DNA from: Setoptus koraiensis
Taxonomy: Eukaryota > Animalia > Arthropoda
Reading direction: 5' to 3'
NCBI GenBank assembly: GCA_048013815.1
Contig: CM106586.1
Span: 13,082,001-13,146,000 of the forward strand
DNA: 64,000 bases
In this document: positions 41,714 to 56,192 of the stretch, piece by piece
How the letters are laid out: each line of letters starts with the position of its first letter
Numbering within the stretch: position 1 is the stretch's first letter
Notes under the pieces: model-generated
Seen by the model: only the letters and a program-made list of their open reading frames with translations
What the model was told of the DNA's origin: nothing
Databases searched by the model: none
Translations under genes and position numbers: made by a program

Positions 41714-44700
41714 AATGGCCCGATGGCGTGGATGGCACAAAGCGCCTTTGTTGAGAACAATGGCGAGCGCACAAACACACACACACACGCATGGCGTAGA
41801 ATCTATGCGCAGATCGAACTGTTTGCCTAGTCCGATTTGGCCGCCGAGCGATTGCGCTTGCGCATGTTTTATCGCAACCATTTTGAGTGTGAGCGCAAAC
41901 AATGCGCTATTGTGTGTTTAGCGTTGTCCTGCTCAAACAACAGCCAATTTCCCGAGCCAGTGCGCACAATAGAACGACGGAGCTTGCCACCTGTGCGTGT
42001 GTGTTTATAGGCCACTTGTGCCGCTTTCGGCCCCAGCCAGTGTCAGGCCCAAAGTCGGCCCAGCGGAACTGGGCTGCTCTATTGTGCCTGGCACACAACT
42101 GCTCTGGGCACAGCATTGGGCTAACTGCGCTGGGCACGGCACTAGGCCGCCTTATACCTTATGCCTTGTATGTGCGATGCCCGCTTGTGAATGTTGTGCA
42201 GCAGACAGACACAAACCGGTACTGCGCGTCTTGTGCTGGCGCCGCTAGGCCGCCCTACACAACAACGGCCCAGCGCAGGGCCACTGCAATCTAATTAATC
42301 TATCATTCATGCCTACTGACCACTGATTGTGTCGCATTGTGTGCGCATTGGGCGGCTACACAAACAGACGAACGCGCCAGCGGTTGCGCAATAATTGCGA
42401 ACGGGCAGCCCGTCACCGAATCATCGAGCGATGGAGCCATCGAATGGTCAGATCGTCGAGCGATGAAGCCTTCGAATGGTCAGATCGTCGAGGCATCGAA
42501 GCAGCGGATCACCTAAGCGCCGAAGCGTCGAAGCCTCGCAGCACCGGATGATCGGGTCACCGAAGCCTCGAACGGCCGGCCGGCGGACCATGGGCGAGTG
42601 GAAGCGGCCGCTGCTTGCTGTTGTTCGGTGTGTCTAAACTGATTGCCGGATTGTTTTTTACGGAATTGGTGTGTGTGTGTGTGTGTGTGGCAAGTGCAAG
42701 GGCTGTCGAGTGGCGGCCAATCGAGCTGGCCAAACTGTGATTACAGGCAACACAGCCGAAACAAACAAACCAATGACGCTTACGTAACACTGTTCTCATT
42801 GGCAGCCACTAACAGCCTGTAACAGCCTGTAACAGCAGCAGCGGCGCTGTTTTAAATAATTTGCTGAATTTCTAATCATGATTAGAAATTATTGTTGTGT
42901 GTGTGCGTGATCAAGTTGTTTGTAAATAGTTAATTCCCGAATCACTTGCGGTGCTTGTGACGGCTTTCATGGGCTCGCCGAGGAGAGAATCGTTTAATGC
43001 ATTGCTATTTAGCATGCTTGTTGCCATTGGTTTGCCAACAGTTGGCGTGCTTGGGCAGGAATCGTTGCGCCGACGACCGAGAATAATAATAATAATAATC
43101 ATTTGAATGTTGCCTCACAACGCCAACATAATGCCGTCATAATAATAGCCAGCCAGCCAGCCAGCCTATCACTATTATGTAACAACATAATGCAATGTTA
43201 ACAACAATTGTATAATTGATTTGCCTGCTCTACACTGTCGGGCCGGCAGCTCCGATTGGCTGTCCCGACGCTGGCAATATCATCGGGCTGGCCGGCAACA
43301 TCATCGGGCTGGCCGGCAATATCATCGGGCCGGCAACAACAATCAACGGCGGTTGTTGTATCACCTGGTGTACGGCGCTAATCAGTTGAAGAAGATGTAT
43401 GGCCAATGAGTGAATGAGTGAGAAATCGATCAAGCGTAAGCGAGTTGCCAATTGGCCGTCGAAGTTGGCCAGAAATAGCTGGCTGTTGTTCGCCAGCGGT
43501 TGCATAATGAGCGCCGTTGTTCCCATTAAAAACAACAACAATATTCCATTTAGCCGGCGATCGGCCGAGTTGCGCAACAACAATTAGAACAACAATCAAC
43601 GGCTGCCCCCGATCGGCCGCTACCCTTTGCAGCGTCTCTCGCAGCCAACAGTGCGTCAACAGTGCGGTGTGTCGGGCCGGCTCGGCTGGGCAAACGAGCC
43701 AGCTTGCCGCCGCAACAATCCTCGATACGCCGTCGTATATAGTTTTGCAAGAAATTAAATTCTCGTTATTGCGCGCCCCCTTCGCCTAACATCATCAATT
43801 TTAGTTAATTAATCAATTATTGTGAATGGTCGTGGAAAATAAATGCTAGCTAACCGGCCGTCAGGCTGATTAAATCGCTCGCTTGTTCATGTCGGGCATG
43901 CCGATGTCTAGTGCGCCGACTGGCCGCTGCCGACGACCAGACGGCGGCCGCCGCCGGTGCACAGTGCACCCAACTGTCCGATGGCGGCGCTCCACTGGTG
44001 CACGGTCGTGCCGTGCCGTGATGATAACGATCAATGAAAATAATAGCTACTCATGCTATTATATCATCATTTGCAACACAACAGCCAATTGTGTGTGTGA
44101 CGCAACAACAGCCAAAAGTCGTTAGCTGCGATTGGGCCGAGACTCTCGATGCCGCGACTCTCGACGCCGAGACTCTCGACGCCGAGAAGCCGAGAAGCTC
44201 GCCGAGACCGATCGGCCGACGCAAGGCGCTTCTCGGAGCGTCAGAAGCGTCGCCGTCGTCGACACCATGCCCTAAATGACGATCCCGATATTATCTTATC
44301 GGACAGATATGCTCGCTTCGATTTTCGATTGCGTGCCCGTCCGTCCATTGCGCCTTCGAGCCCGTTCCAGCGCCATGCTGCATGCGTGTGTGTGTTGGTG
44401 TGTGTGTCGGTGTGTGTGTGTGTCGGTGTGGCCTACGTGCCAGCGCCAAACGGAGCTTAATATAATAAATATGAGCCGCCCCCCAGTGGCGGCTGTCATT
44501 AATCAATGATCGATAGCCAGCGTGGCCGGCGATTGTCGCTCGCTCAATGTGAGCCGCCAAGCGGCCGGCCCGGCGGCCCGTCTCACAACACTCATGACAC
44601 TCACAACGCACGCCCGAGCGGCGGTGCGGGGGCGGCTCACATTCATTATGCCATCGAGCTTATGGTGAGCGGCACCATTTGCTCCGTTCAAACCGTTCCG

Positions 44701-46544
44701 TTTAATGGTGCCCACACCGTGCAGCAACCGTATAACAGTTGCTGCTGTTTGCGCCCATTCACCTGGCGGCTTCTTCAGTCGGCTTCGGCCGCTTGTTGTT
44801 GTCGCCATTGTTGCTGCTGTTGCTGTTGTTGTTGCTCTTGCAGTTGTTGTTGTTGCTGCTGTCGTCAAAGTCGTCGAAGTCGTTGCTGGCTCGAGGGCGC
44901 TGTCGTCGGGCACCCGAGAGTCGCTCGACGACCGAAACGAGCCGTTTGCATACGTGACGGCCAAATGGCGCACAACAGCAAATATAAATACAGCTTATTG
45001 CGATGAGAGCAGATTATCGGGGGATTACGTCAAAAGCAGCGTGCACTGAGTTTTTGTTTTTTTTGTTGGGTAAAGTGGGCCAGTTGGCTCGGCCACTTGG
45101 GTGGCCAGCTAACTGCGGAGCACGCGCACTGTTGCCGGCGCGGTCCAGCGGCCGCCAGTGAGGGCCCAATCGGTAAACACTGGCCACTGTGACGAGCGAC
45201 AACAACAGCAACAACAACAACAACAACGACAACGACAACAACGACAACAACGACAACAACAACAGCGACACCGAGCTCGCAACTTTCGTTTTGTTGGCGC
45301 GTCGCATGCGACTGACCACCGACTGATGGCAATGGCGCACAGGTGAGCGAGACATTGTATGCGTCCGTGTTACATTTACCTGTGTTACATTTGCTGGTAT
45401 TTATCAGTATTTAGCACTGGCCGGTCGTATCGCCAACACTGTCGGCTGGAAATGGATAGCCGAGCGCGGTGGCAATCGAAGATTTATTTGCCCCATACGC
45501 TCACCGATGCAACCAAACATGATCTGGCCAATAAATAACGCAACCACACGAGAGCGAGAGCATGTTGCTTTTCGCTACCGATCCTGTGGCCTGTATAACT
45601 GAGATCGCATGGCCGGCGATGGCGCAACCTGTGATGTAATAGACGAACACTTGAAAGCAGCGAGAATTGCCAGCGCAAAGTGTTGCTCGCTTCGAGACAC
45701 GACCACAAGGATGCAGTCGAGTCATGATGATTCATGTGCTCTTATCTAATTTCTCATTAACATGTTGCGTCGGAGCTTTTCTTTGGGGCAATTCTTTAAA
45801 TTTGCCCTTGTGACGCTGTCCGTTCTCGCTGCCGTTCTGTTTGGTCGCTGTTCGGTTCTGTCGCTGTTCGGTTCGGCCGCTGTTCGGTTCGGCCGCTGTT
45901 CGGTTCGAATCGGTGGGGCTGTGGTCAGCGGCGGCCGGCAACACAATTCAATCGCCGTTCGACGAGCGTTCCACTGGCTTCCACTGGCCGCTCGAAGCCG
46001 CGAGGGCTCTCAATAATTCAAGAGCGAAACAAACATTTATTAAACGTTTGAAAGGCGGCGCCGGCTCGCCCAAGCCCGCAAGAAAAGCCAGCCAGCCACA
46101 AATAGACAAACAAACGGACAAACAAACAGACTTTGTTTGTGAGTCTCATTGTGGCGATGAGTTGGTCATGATTGTTAATTAAGCACCGCCAAGAATCGTG
46201 ATAACACACAAGCTAGGCATGCATACCTAATACGCAACCATTGGCCGGCGATGGCTCGTTAGCCGACGGTTAAATGTATTAAATATTAAATATTAATTGC
46301 GTATCGACTGCTGCCATTGCCGGCAACAACTATCTCAAAACTCAAAAGTGCTGCTGCTGCTGCCGCTGCCATCTACTACTGGCTCAATGTTGCGTCATTC
46401 AAATGTTTGAATTGAAACGTTTGAAACAACGTTTGTGTATTTTGTATATTTTGTGCATATTGTATGTATTCAATATATTATATTGTGCATGTTGTCGTGC
46501 ATTGTGATGCGCATTGTATGACGAGGGAACGATTCGGATTGCAG

Positions 46545-46660
46545 CAAGCGAAGAGTCGCAACAAGCGAAGAATCGCTACAGCCGAAGAATCGAAACAGGC
46601 GAAGAATCGAAACAGCCGAAGAATCGAAACAGCCGAAGAATTGAAACAGCCGAAGAATGG
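46545..46660. repeat. 17-bp minisatellite, about 6 copies
   Basis: GAAGAATCGAAACAGCC consensus. Confidence 0.88.
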
Positions 46661-48107
46661 CTCGTTCGAGCGGCGAGCTTCTCGTCGAATGGGCTCATGT
46701 GTATCGGCGAATATGCGAGCGCACAATGTGATACATTCAATGAACATTGTCTGAGCGTTGGCAGTATCTCGTTTAATTACGACTGCTCTCGTGTAGTTGT
46801 GCGCTGGCAACATAATCATTGATCATGACTTAGGTGTAATCAATCTAATTTAACCAACCATGCCACTGTTTGTTCAGCGACAAGCCAACAACTCGTAGAC
46901 AGTTGTTGGCTGTTGGCTGTTTTCACAATTACATAACACACAAGCAGTTGTTGCTGTTGTTGATGCTGCTGTTGTTGTTGCGTCATCGTCTCTACTGTTC
47001 GCCTGTGTGACGGCTCGCAACGGCCCTCTTGCAACATGAAACTGATCTGATTTATAGAGCGATTATCAATGGACACTATACTGCCAAAGAGACTAACCAA
47101 CGCCATTATAAGCTGCACAGACTGCATAATGCAGCGTAAGCCGGTATGTTATATAATTACACATAATACATAATATGTGTTATGTAATATGTGGTATGCG
47201 GCGCGAATCGGCTAGAATTGGCAACAATCGGCAACAATCCAACAATCCAACAATCCAGACAGAGACAGAGAGAATGCAAGGGAATTTTAGCCGAAACAAT
47301 GTACACGAATTAATATTGGCGAGATGGAAACTTTGTTGTTGTTGGGGCAACTTTGTCGCCTCCAGCAACAAACTAAATCTTATATATTATATATTATATA
47401 ACAACAGTATATTATACATACACTGTTGTATTAACACGGCCATTGCCATTAGTGTGTTGCACAGGGGTCTGTGTGTTGGCTGGCATTTATCATCTATTTA
47501 TCCCGTCTCACATTATCATATATTTGTCAGACAAAGCATGCCCATAAAGGCTGTAATGGCTATATTGTGTGCAACTGGCACTGGCACTAACACCCATTGC
47601 AAGTGTCTAGACATCTCCTCCTCCTAGCCAGCTCATGTATCAATGGCTCGATGGCTCGATGGCTCGATGGCTCGATGGCTGGATCGAGTGAAGTAGCGCA
47701 GTCACGGCAAATGTCATCTTTCGCACTAATTCACTTGGCAGCCTCAAGACGAAGCCTCCAGTTCGAAGGCTGCGTCATTGTTCGCATATATTGGTAATTA
47801 TATCCAATTGAGAGTGTCTGTTGTCGCAGATACATATTTATATTTGTATTTATACATATATAATCCGCAATTGCAGCCATTGTGTCATGCTGGTGCATGT
47901 GTCACGTTGGTGTCGTTGTTACACAGCAACAATTATCAACAGTTATTTGTTGTTGTTGGGCCGTGCAAATATACAAATATACAAATATCTGACATGCATA
48001 AATCGTTGTCAAGCGGAGCGATCTCGACGAGACTGAATAATGCAAATCAAAAGCGCATGGCTAATGGATGTTGCGTAATGCATTAAAATGTGATGCTGAT
48101 ACACAGG

Positions 48108-48215
48108 CCAACAGCAACAACAGCAGCAACAGCAGCAACACCAACAACAGCAGCAACAGCAACAGCAACAACAGCAACAACAGCAGCAACGGCAACAACA
48201 GCAGCAACAACGTCG
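48108..48215. repeat. (CAA/CAG)n compound microsatellite
   Basis: Continuous CAA/CAG triplets. Confidence 0.92.
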
Positions 48216-50800
48216 TCGTCGTCGCTGTTGTTGCCGTTTAAACGCAGTCTAGTTAAGTTATTGTAAATTGTTGCTGCTGTTGCCGGAGTGCGTTGATTAA
48301 TTGATTATATCGAAGGATTGAGCTCATTTGCATAAAGTGTGCGCTGTGCACAACTCAAAAATGGGCTAGGCATTGTTAGCGGCCAGGCAATTTAGCGCCT
48401 ATATAAACAAACGGCTGTCTGCTCATCATCAATCGTCGTCGTGTTAGTCTCGTACGGACACTACACACACACACACACACACACACACACTGGCTGTGAG
48501 TATAACCTGACTGCGAGAAACAAATAAAACGACGACGATTACAACGAGCGACTAATGCCAGTGACGTAAACGCAAACAGCAAAGTTAAATAAGTGCTCCA
48601 GTTATCGCTCATGCTCATACAATGGCGACGAGCTTGACAAACGAGCTTGCCAAAGTGGCTTGTTATCTGTGTATGTGTGTGTGTGTGTCGCTTTTCAATG
48701 GGTTCTTGTGAGCCGTTGTTGGGCTCCATTGGCTGCGTCTGTTGTTGCATTGGCGATGCATTGGGTCTCATTTTATTCCCATTTTATTCTTATTTTGTAT
48801 TGCCGAATTCACGCACACAAACAAATGCGATGCATTCAATTTAGCTGGTTCGGTTGTTGTTGTTGTTGTTGCTGTTATTGCACCACAACAAGTATGATGG
48901 TGATGTAATAAGCATCGGCTTGTTGAATCAAACAGCCGCCATGGCAGCGACAACGGCGCACAAAGAGCTCACACAAAACAAACAACAAAGCGGGACACAA
49001 AGCTCCAATCAAATCACGCAACAACAAACAAAGTGGAGCACTATATCCGTCAATTTGGACTTGCATGCAAACAAGCGCATTTTGTCAAAGGGTCCAATGG
49101 CAACGCAACAACAAAGCAGCGACAGCACAATAACAACAACAACAGCAGCAGCAATAATAATAACGGTGACAGCACCAACAACAACAACAACAACAACAAC
49201 ATAATAATAATAATGATAATAACTAATAATAACGCTGATACTCTAGCGGCCAGAGAGATAAACAGCTCACAGTCGTTATTGCCGCTTGTCGTGTCGCCGC
49301 ATACCAGCCAGCGAGCGATGCACTTTTGCTCTATTCTCGTGATGCAAAACGCTTGCCCGCTGATCAGCTGTTCATTCATCAGCTTATTTAATCTTATCGG
49401 CGACAATGAGCGACAAATGAATGGGCGATCCGCGGGTCGTGCCGCGCTAATCTATTGCGCAATCTATCTTGCCGGCGGCAAGCTAGCAGCGACGACAACA
49501 ACAATGCGCATTGTCACCGATGACGGCATTACTATTATGCAATCGGCTGTTGCCAGCATAATAATGTTTGCCATTGTAGAGCTTCCTATTATGCAACGTC
49601 GGCGCTGTTGTCGCTGTCGTCGCCGTTGTCGCTGTCGTCGTCATTTGCCATTGGCCGGCATTACTGTGTGTATTGTCGCTGTCCGTCGTTGTCCATTATT
49701 GTCGCTGTCACTGATAATAATAGATTGCTATTAGTGTGAGCCGGGATTATTATCTTCATTATTATGTCACACGCTGCTGTTATGTCGTAGCTGTTATGTC
49801 ATAGCTGTTATGTCATAATGTCATAATGTATGCTCTGAATGACTGCTCTATCCATGCTCTGCAGTGACAGTTAGCCGGCTTGTCAGCTGTTGGCGAGCGA
49901 GCCAACAGCTGACATGGGCTGTTATAGCGACTCACTTCTAGCGACGGCCGTGAGTCGTTACAGCATCAATCGCAGTTTGTGTCCACCTATAGGCACCTAT
50001 AAAACATATAAAGAGCAACAAGAAATCTAGATCGGCGCACAATTTTGACACATACATATGTGTGCACAACAATAAATATTGTTTGCGCACAGCTTATCAT
50101 TATTGTGTTTGTTTAGGCCTATAATGTGCACAATGGCACACACCAGACAATGCCGAGCCCTGTCTAGCTGCTGATCGGCACAGCCGGACAGCGTACAGCA
50201 AGGCCGACCAAGCATCGGCAAGGCCGACTAACCCGTCGACAAAAGTCGGCCTACCGGCCTAACCCGATTCAGGGCCTAACTAACAAGTTGTTAGATTATT
50301 ATTTGCGCATCGATCGATCGATCGTGACCAGAGCACAACGAGTGCATTTAGCTCACACAAGTTGGCTGAGCCTGCCGTTATGTATTGGCTGGGCACAATC
50401 GCTCGAGTGGAGCTATGAAGAGACCTATAAAGGTGACTGTGGGTGGCCAGTGGCTAACTGTTTGCCGGCCGAACGGCGAGCCAACAATCGAGATAACAAC
50501 AAGTCAACAATTGTTGGCGCTACTGTGCGACGGTGGCGCCGCCAACAGGCCCTCGCTCGGGCACGGCAATCGATTAATTATTGTTGCCGATTGATTATTC
50601 TGGCTAGCTCAGATCATATCCGCTGCTGGTCTTTCGCTCGCTATAGTCGACGCTGGTCGTGGGTCGCCGATCGCAGCGCCAGATAAGCGCCGCTCGAGCG
50701 ACTATTATTCGGGTATTTATTATCGGAACAGCTATTATTGGGACAAGCGTCATTGAGATAATGGCGTCAACTCTTTATTGTGCTCGTCATGGTCTCTGCC

Positions 50801-50878
50801 GGCACTGTTGCCCGACAGTGTTGCCTCACTGTGTTGCCCCACAGTGTTGCCTCACTGTGTTGCCCCACAGTGTTGCAG
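50801..50878. repeat. 26-bp minisatellite with internal inverted arms
   Basis: CACTGTGTTGCCCCACAGTGTTGCCT about 3 times; CACTGT/ACAGTG arms in each unit. Confidence 0.85.
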
Positions 50879-52331
50879 CGAGCCCAAAGAGCACAACAGC
50901 GACAGCAACAACGACGCCAACAACAGCAACAACAGCGACAACAGCGACAACAGCGACAACAGCAACAACAACGACGCCAGCGACAGCAACAACCAGAGCA
51001 GAGAAATCCGCACTTTTCGGCGCTATGGATAATTGTTGTTCGCATACAGGTACAATTATTGTTGTTGCGTCGCATCCACTTGGCCGATCGCTGGTAGCTG
51101 CAAGTCGGTTTTAAAACAGTTTTAAAACAAGACAAACTCGATAGTTTGCGATGCCGATTGATCATGTCGGCAGCGGCGTCGCTAATGGCAACAATAGATA
51201 ATGAGCGATTGAGCCAACAACCTGCTTAATGATGATTAGCCTTTTGCCTGCTCATTAGCATAGAACAATTAGCTCTCATTTGGCTGGCTCGCTGTTGTTC
51301 GCCAGTTAGCTCGCTCTCTCGCCCGGCCGCTCTTGTCGTTGTTGTTGTTGCTGTTGTTGCTCTTGTCGTTGTTATTGATGCTGTTGTTGCCGGTGCCGGT
51401 GTCGAGATAAGCGATCAGTTTTTCGCTTCGCGTATGCGCGCTTTTAATATACATTCTGTATTCTCATCATGTTCTCACTAGATATTTGAATAATAAATTA
51501 ATTGCAATCAAGCGCAACAACCAGCGCACAGCCCATTGAACGACGGGCCTAAATTGAATACAACGCAACCAACATTGAATACAGCAACATTTGCACACGA
51601 ATGCGCTGCTGTTGTTGCCGATGTATCACAAATGAAAATTGATCGACTCAATCAGATCACCGATCGACATTGGCCGACATGATGGATAGCTCCAGTCGGC
51701 CAGTCACGATCTAGAGGCGCCGCTAAGCTAATTGATTTGCGTCGGTGCTCCAAATGGCGCCCTAGCGACCCATTGACAATCGCGCTAGTCGGCCTAGTGA
51801 GAGGCCGCCGAGACACAATGGGCACAATAAACTCTGGCAACGCGATCGCGTCAGTGTCAACGCAATTCACGTTGCGTCCGTTTGGCGGCCTCGGGTCCCG
51901 CTTCGGCATGCGCACCTGAGACGGGCAGAGCTCGCGAACGTGCGTGCCCGGCGACCATTCAAACGTCGCAAGCGTCCGAACATCGGCACCGCCAACTAGC
52001 CGGCCAAAGATGCACAAAACTGATAGCTGCACCATCGTCGTCGCAGCGACACATCGTGAGAATGGCGAGGTTGTTGCCGCTAATGTTATGTAATTGTGTT
52101 GCAATGGCACGCATTTGCATCCCAGTGAACAATGCTAATCTAATAATTTATGCATCATCGGCGCAACAACAACAATTACATGCGCTAGCAACAAACTGCC
52201 ATTTACTGCACTGTATTGTCCATGTTGCATATTGTCTATGTTGCATCATCATGCACTAATTGAGATGCCCAAGCAACACGAATAATTGAATTATATTAAC
52301 ATTAAAACATTGTGTAATCATAGCCACTCAC

Positions 52332-53508
52332 CTGTGCTTGACACGACGATAATTGACTTATTGCATGGCTTCGTTTTCTTCTGTTGATCTTGGAATGGTT
52401 GTCGTTGTTGTTGTTGCTGTTGTTGTTGTTGCTCTTGTTGTTACCACTGCTATTGCTTATCTGTTGTGCTTGTTGTTGTTGTTGTTGCTCTTGTTGTTGT
52501 TGTTGCTGCTGGTCGCCAGGGTCCTTGTTGTGCAACGGTGCAGCTCCGGCATCACTGACGGCCTCTTCTTTGTTATGACATGAATATCCACGCTCTTGGC
52601 CGTATTGTTCATTGCTGTTGCGCTTTCTATCGAGCTCATCATCACCTTCGCCCTCTTGTTGTTGCTGTTGTAGCGAGTTTATTAGCGTTTCCCGACCATT
52701 GTGACCGCTCAACAATTGTTGCAACACCGCCTCGGCGTCCTCGCCACCAGGGGCGCCGCATTCTTTTGATTGGTGACCAATGGTGGCCGCTATTGTCTTG
52801 GTGGCCTCCATATAGGCATCAATGAAATCCTCCACTAGGCCGCCGGTGTTTGCCTTTGCCTGAATATGCAAACTAGCGCTTGTCGGATCCTCTTGATTGT
52901 TTTTCTCCTCCGCACTTGTCTCTTGTTGGTTGTCTGATGCAACTGTCGGTGTTGTTGTTGTTGTCGTTGTTGTTGTAGTATCTAGTTGCTGCTGACAATT
53001 GTGCGCTTGAACTAACGAGGCAAAACTGTTCAATCTTGCAATGACATCATTCAGACGCTGAGTAGATGTCGCTGCGGTTGCTTTAGTGTCATCGGTTGCT
53101 TCTGCAGAGGCTATTGTTGTGGGTTTCGTTGTTGTGGTGGTTGGCGTTGTTGTTGTTGTCGCTGATGGTTTCGTGTCCAAATCACTGCTACTAATTGCAC
53201 TGTGCTTCTCTAGTTGCGTTGCACTATTGACAGGGGGCGCTCTGCTTTGCGAGCCGGTGGTGCTTGTTTCGGGTGGTTGCTGTCTGGATGATGTGTCTGA
53301 TCTTATTTTTTGGTTTGGTTGCTCTTCTTCTCTCATCTTCGCTTGTGCCTTTTCTACTTCCGTTGTTGTTTGTGTTATTTGTGGTGGCGCTGCTGCGACG
53401 TGATTATCTATTGATTGTTGTGTTGTTGTTGTTGTTGCGCGAACAACAAGTGGCGTGGATTGTTTTTGCGTCGATTGCTCACTATCGGCGTTCGCTAATT
53501 TGATTGGA
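52332..53508 (-). CDS. Putative upstream coding exon of SoxD copy 2 (T/Q/E/N-rich)
   Basis: About 390-codon open frame (includes MREEEQPNQK... from ATG 53336) ends at a CAG|GTGAGT donor in phase 0, matching the CAG|GCC acceptor at 41321. Phase-2 acceptors at 53509 or 53482. It could instead belong to an independent gene. Confidence 0.6.
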
Positions 53509-54427
53509 CTTGTGTGGCGTTATCCGATTCGGCGCATAATTGTTGTTTCAGGTTGCGATAATAAGTTAATAATAATGAGTGATTGAACGAAAAAAATTGA
53601 ATGGGGGATGAATGAAGTCGATTAGCAAAGGTCAGCATGATCTGCGAGAACAATTGGTGTGTGTGTGTGTGTGTGTGTGTGTTGTCGCAAACGATTGTTT
53701 TCGATCAAGTGAATCTATAATAATGCTGCTGTCGTCTAGATAAGAAGCAATAATAAGAACGGATAATAATAATGAGACAGCAACAAACAATTCAATTCAA
53801 TGTTGCCTTCGCCGCGTTTAAAATTTAATTACGCATGCGCACTCAACTCTGTGTGTATCGTTTATCTGTCTCGTCCATTGGTTTTATCCCTCTCTAATGT
53901 TGTTGTTGCTGTTCTCTAATGTCGTCTCACTCTTGTTAGTCTGACTACATTGAATCAGAACGAAACAAGCTGTTGGTGTAGCTGAGATTTCGCGTTGTTC
54001 GTTGGCAGCTTGTTGGCTGCCTGTTCGGCAGCACATTCGGCTAGATTAACTTTTAATAGTGCGTATTTATTTATCCTCTCTCAATCCATTTATTATCTGT
54101 TTGTTTTCGTGTCTAACGACTGATATGCGTCAGCAAGTTACCGTCACACGCAGCTCGCCTGTGAGCGCCGCCTGCCTAAGTCGCCTAAGCCAGTGAAAAC
54201 ACAATTCGTGAACAAACAATCGGCCACGATATAGGCATATATTCAGACGGCAAACAATCGACTGGCAACGACTATGCAAATAATGCCAAACACATGCCAT
54301 AATAACGTTTATGCACTCATCGCGCTGCCTAATTATCCGCACATTATCGTCGCTACAATTTCAAACTCGAACACACAAAAACTCCACTTGTGTGTATTCA
54401 CACAATATCCGACCGTGAACACACCGC

Positions 54428-54660
54428 GAATATCGGTGAATATCGGTGAATATCGGTGAATATCGGTGAATATCTGTGAATATCTGTGAATATCTGTGAA
54501 TATCTGTGAATATCTGTGAATATCTGTGAATATCTGTGAATATCTGTGAATATCTGTGAATATCTGTGAATATCGCCGACTGTCGGTGAATGTCGGCGAA
54601 TGTCGGCGAATGTCGGCGAACGTCGGCGAACGTCGGCGAGCGTCGGCGAGCGTCGGTGAA
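54428..54660. repeat. 10-bp tandem array with graded variants (about 23 units)
   Basis: TATCGGTGAA x4, TATCTGTGAA x10, then TGTCGGCGAA x3, CGTCGGCGAA x2, CGTCGGCGAG x2 and single variants. Confidence 0.97.
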
Positions 54661-55149
54661 TGAATCGCGCTTCGAAGCGTCTTGGCGAAATGCGAATCAT
54701 CTCGAAGCGATCTCGGCGATGCCAGCGATCAGTTCATCGGCTGCTGGATTCTATGTAATGTTGCCGGCCGGGCCGGCCGCCACTTTTTGGCACTGCACCG
54801 ATCCCGCATAGAGCGCCGCTCATTATTGGCTGATGATTGCGCTAATTACTGGCCGATGATAATGCCCTCGTTGCCTTGCGCGATGCTCTACTAATTATCC
54901 GCCGCTACCGATGCCGCCGCCGCCGCCGCTAATTGCAATCGGCAGCATGAGGGCTGGCTTCAATGTCGGTCGGCGCTTTCATCGGCCATTCGCGACGACA
55001 TCCGATGCGCCCGACGAGCCGAATGCCGGCGCACTGGCCACGGGCACTCCACCCGCGCATATTTCGATGCATGCGCGATATTCGCGGATATATTGCAAGG
55101 GTCTGTTCTGTTTCATCCCGCTCGGTCTGCGAGCGTTCGCGTCGAGGCA

Positions 55150-55212
55150 TCGCCAGATATTGGCGAACATCGCCAGATATTGGCGAACATCGCCAGATAT
55201 CGGCAAACATCG
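55150..55212. repeat. 20-bp minisatellite, about 3 copies
   Basis: CGCCAGATATTGGCGAACAT repeated; TGGCGA/TCGCCA arms across units. Confidence 0.85.
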
Positions 55213-55246
55213 ACAGATGAATAAGAGATAAGAAATTATCGCTCAC

Positions 55247-55585
55247 CTCTGGCCGCTGTTGGCCGCATGATTAGCGAGGGCCGGCATCATTAGCTGGCGC
55301 TTGCTGTTGTCACTTTTGTTGTCCAATTCAATGTTGTTGTTGTTGTTGGTTGTTGTTGCGTCGAGTTTGTTCGCATCTCGGCCGCATTCTGTTCCGTTCG
55401 CTGGCGAGCGGCGTTGCGCCCTCATCGTGGCCATATCGCTGTTGTTGTCGTGGTTGTCGTGGTTGTCGTGGTTGTTGTCGTTGATGCCGTTGTTGATGCC
55501 GCTGTTGTTGCCGCTGTTGTTGTTGTTGTTGTCGCTGTTGTTGTCGATGCTGCTGGCTGCCCGCTCGGTGCCGGCGTCCGACATG
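55247..55585 (-). CDS. Putative phase 2-2 exon further upstream of SoxD copy 2 (N/D-rich)
   Basis: TTACTGTCCAG| acceptor 1 nt before ATG 55584; MSDAGTERAASSIDNN...ANSGQ; AG|GTGAGC donor at 55246 in phase 2, compatible with acceptors 53509/53482. Confidence 0.45.
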
Positions 55586-56119
55586 CTGGACAGTAATGAT
55601 AAATAACGAGCACAATATGCCGAGTGTGTCCAATGAACAGACGAGAATGATAATATTCAATTGAGCCAGCAGCAAACCAATGCGCGCTGGTGACAATACA
55701 AGTGCCGCTATTCTTATCTATTCTTCCATTATTTATTATCTCGCTCTAATGCTTGTTCACTTCCGACTGGCGAGCATTGTGCGCACCATTAAGTTGCGGT
55801 TACCAGTTGATTAATTGATCCACTGATTCGCCAACTTGATTAATGGCCGCCAGCGCGTCAATATCGTCGGCCAGTCGGCGATTGTTCGCTCAATGTCCGC
55901 TGTGTCGCTGCTGCTGCTATGAAATCCGCTATGTAGTAGAACTGTATTTATATATGGATATAATACGGATAGAATAATGGAATTTGTGACAATTTATTTA
56001 TTTGTGCGCTCTAATTACCGGCCGACAAGTGCACGCGAGCGTTCGAGAATCGTGTGTGAATGTGAACCGTCGGTGAATGTGGACCGCTGGTGAATATCCG
56101 ACAACGGACAACAATGCCG

Positions 56120-56192
56120 CTCATCTCAGCGGTGCTCATCTCAGCGGTGCCCATCTCAGCGGTGCCCATCTCAGCGGTACCCATCCCAGCGG
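56120..56192. repeat. 15-bp minisatellite, about 5 copies
   Basis: CYCATCTCAGCGGTG repeated. Confidence 0.88.

Noticed and set aside
45895-45915. GGTTCGAATC resembling a tRNA T-loop
   Set aside because: Part of a CTGTTCGGTTC repeat; no T-stem, acceptor stem or A box.
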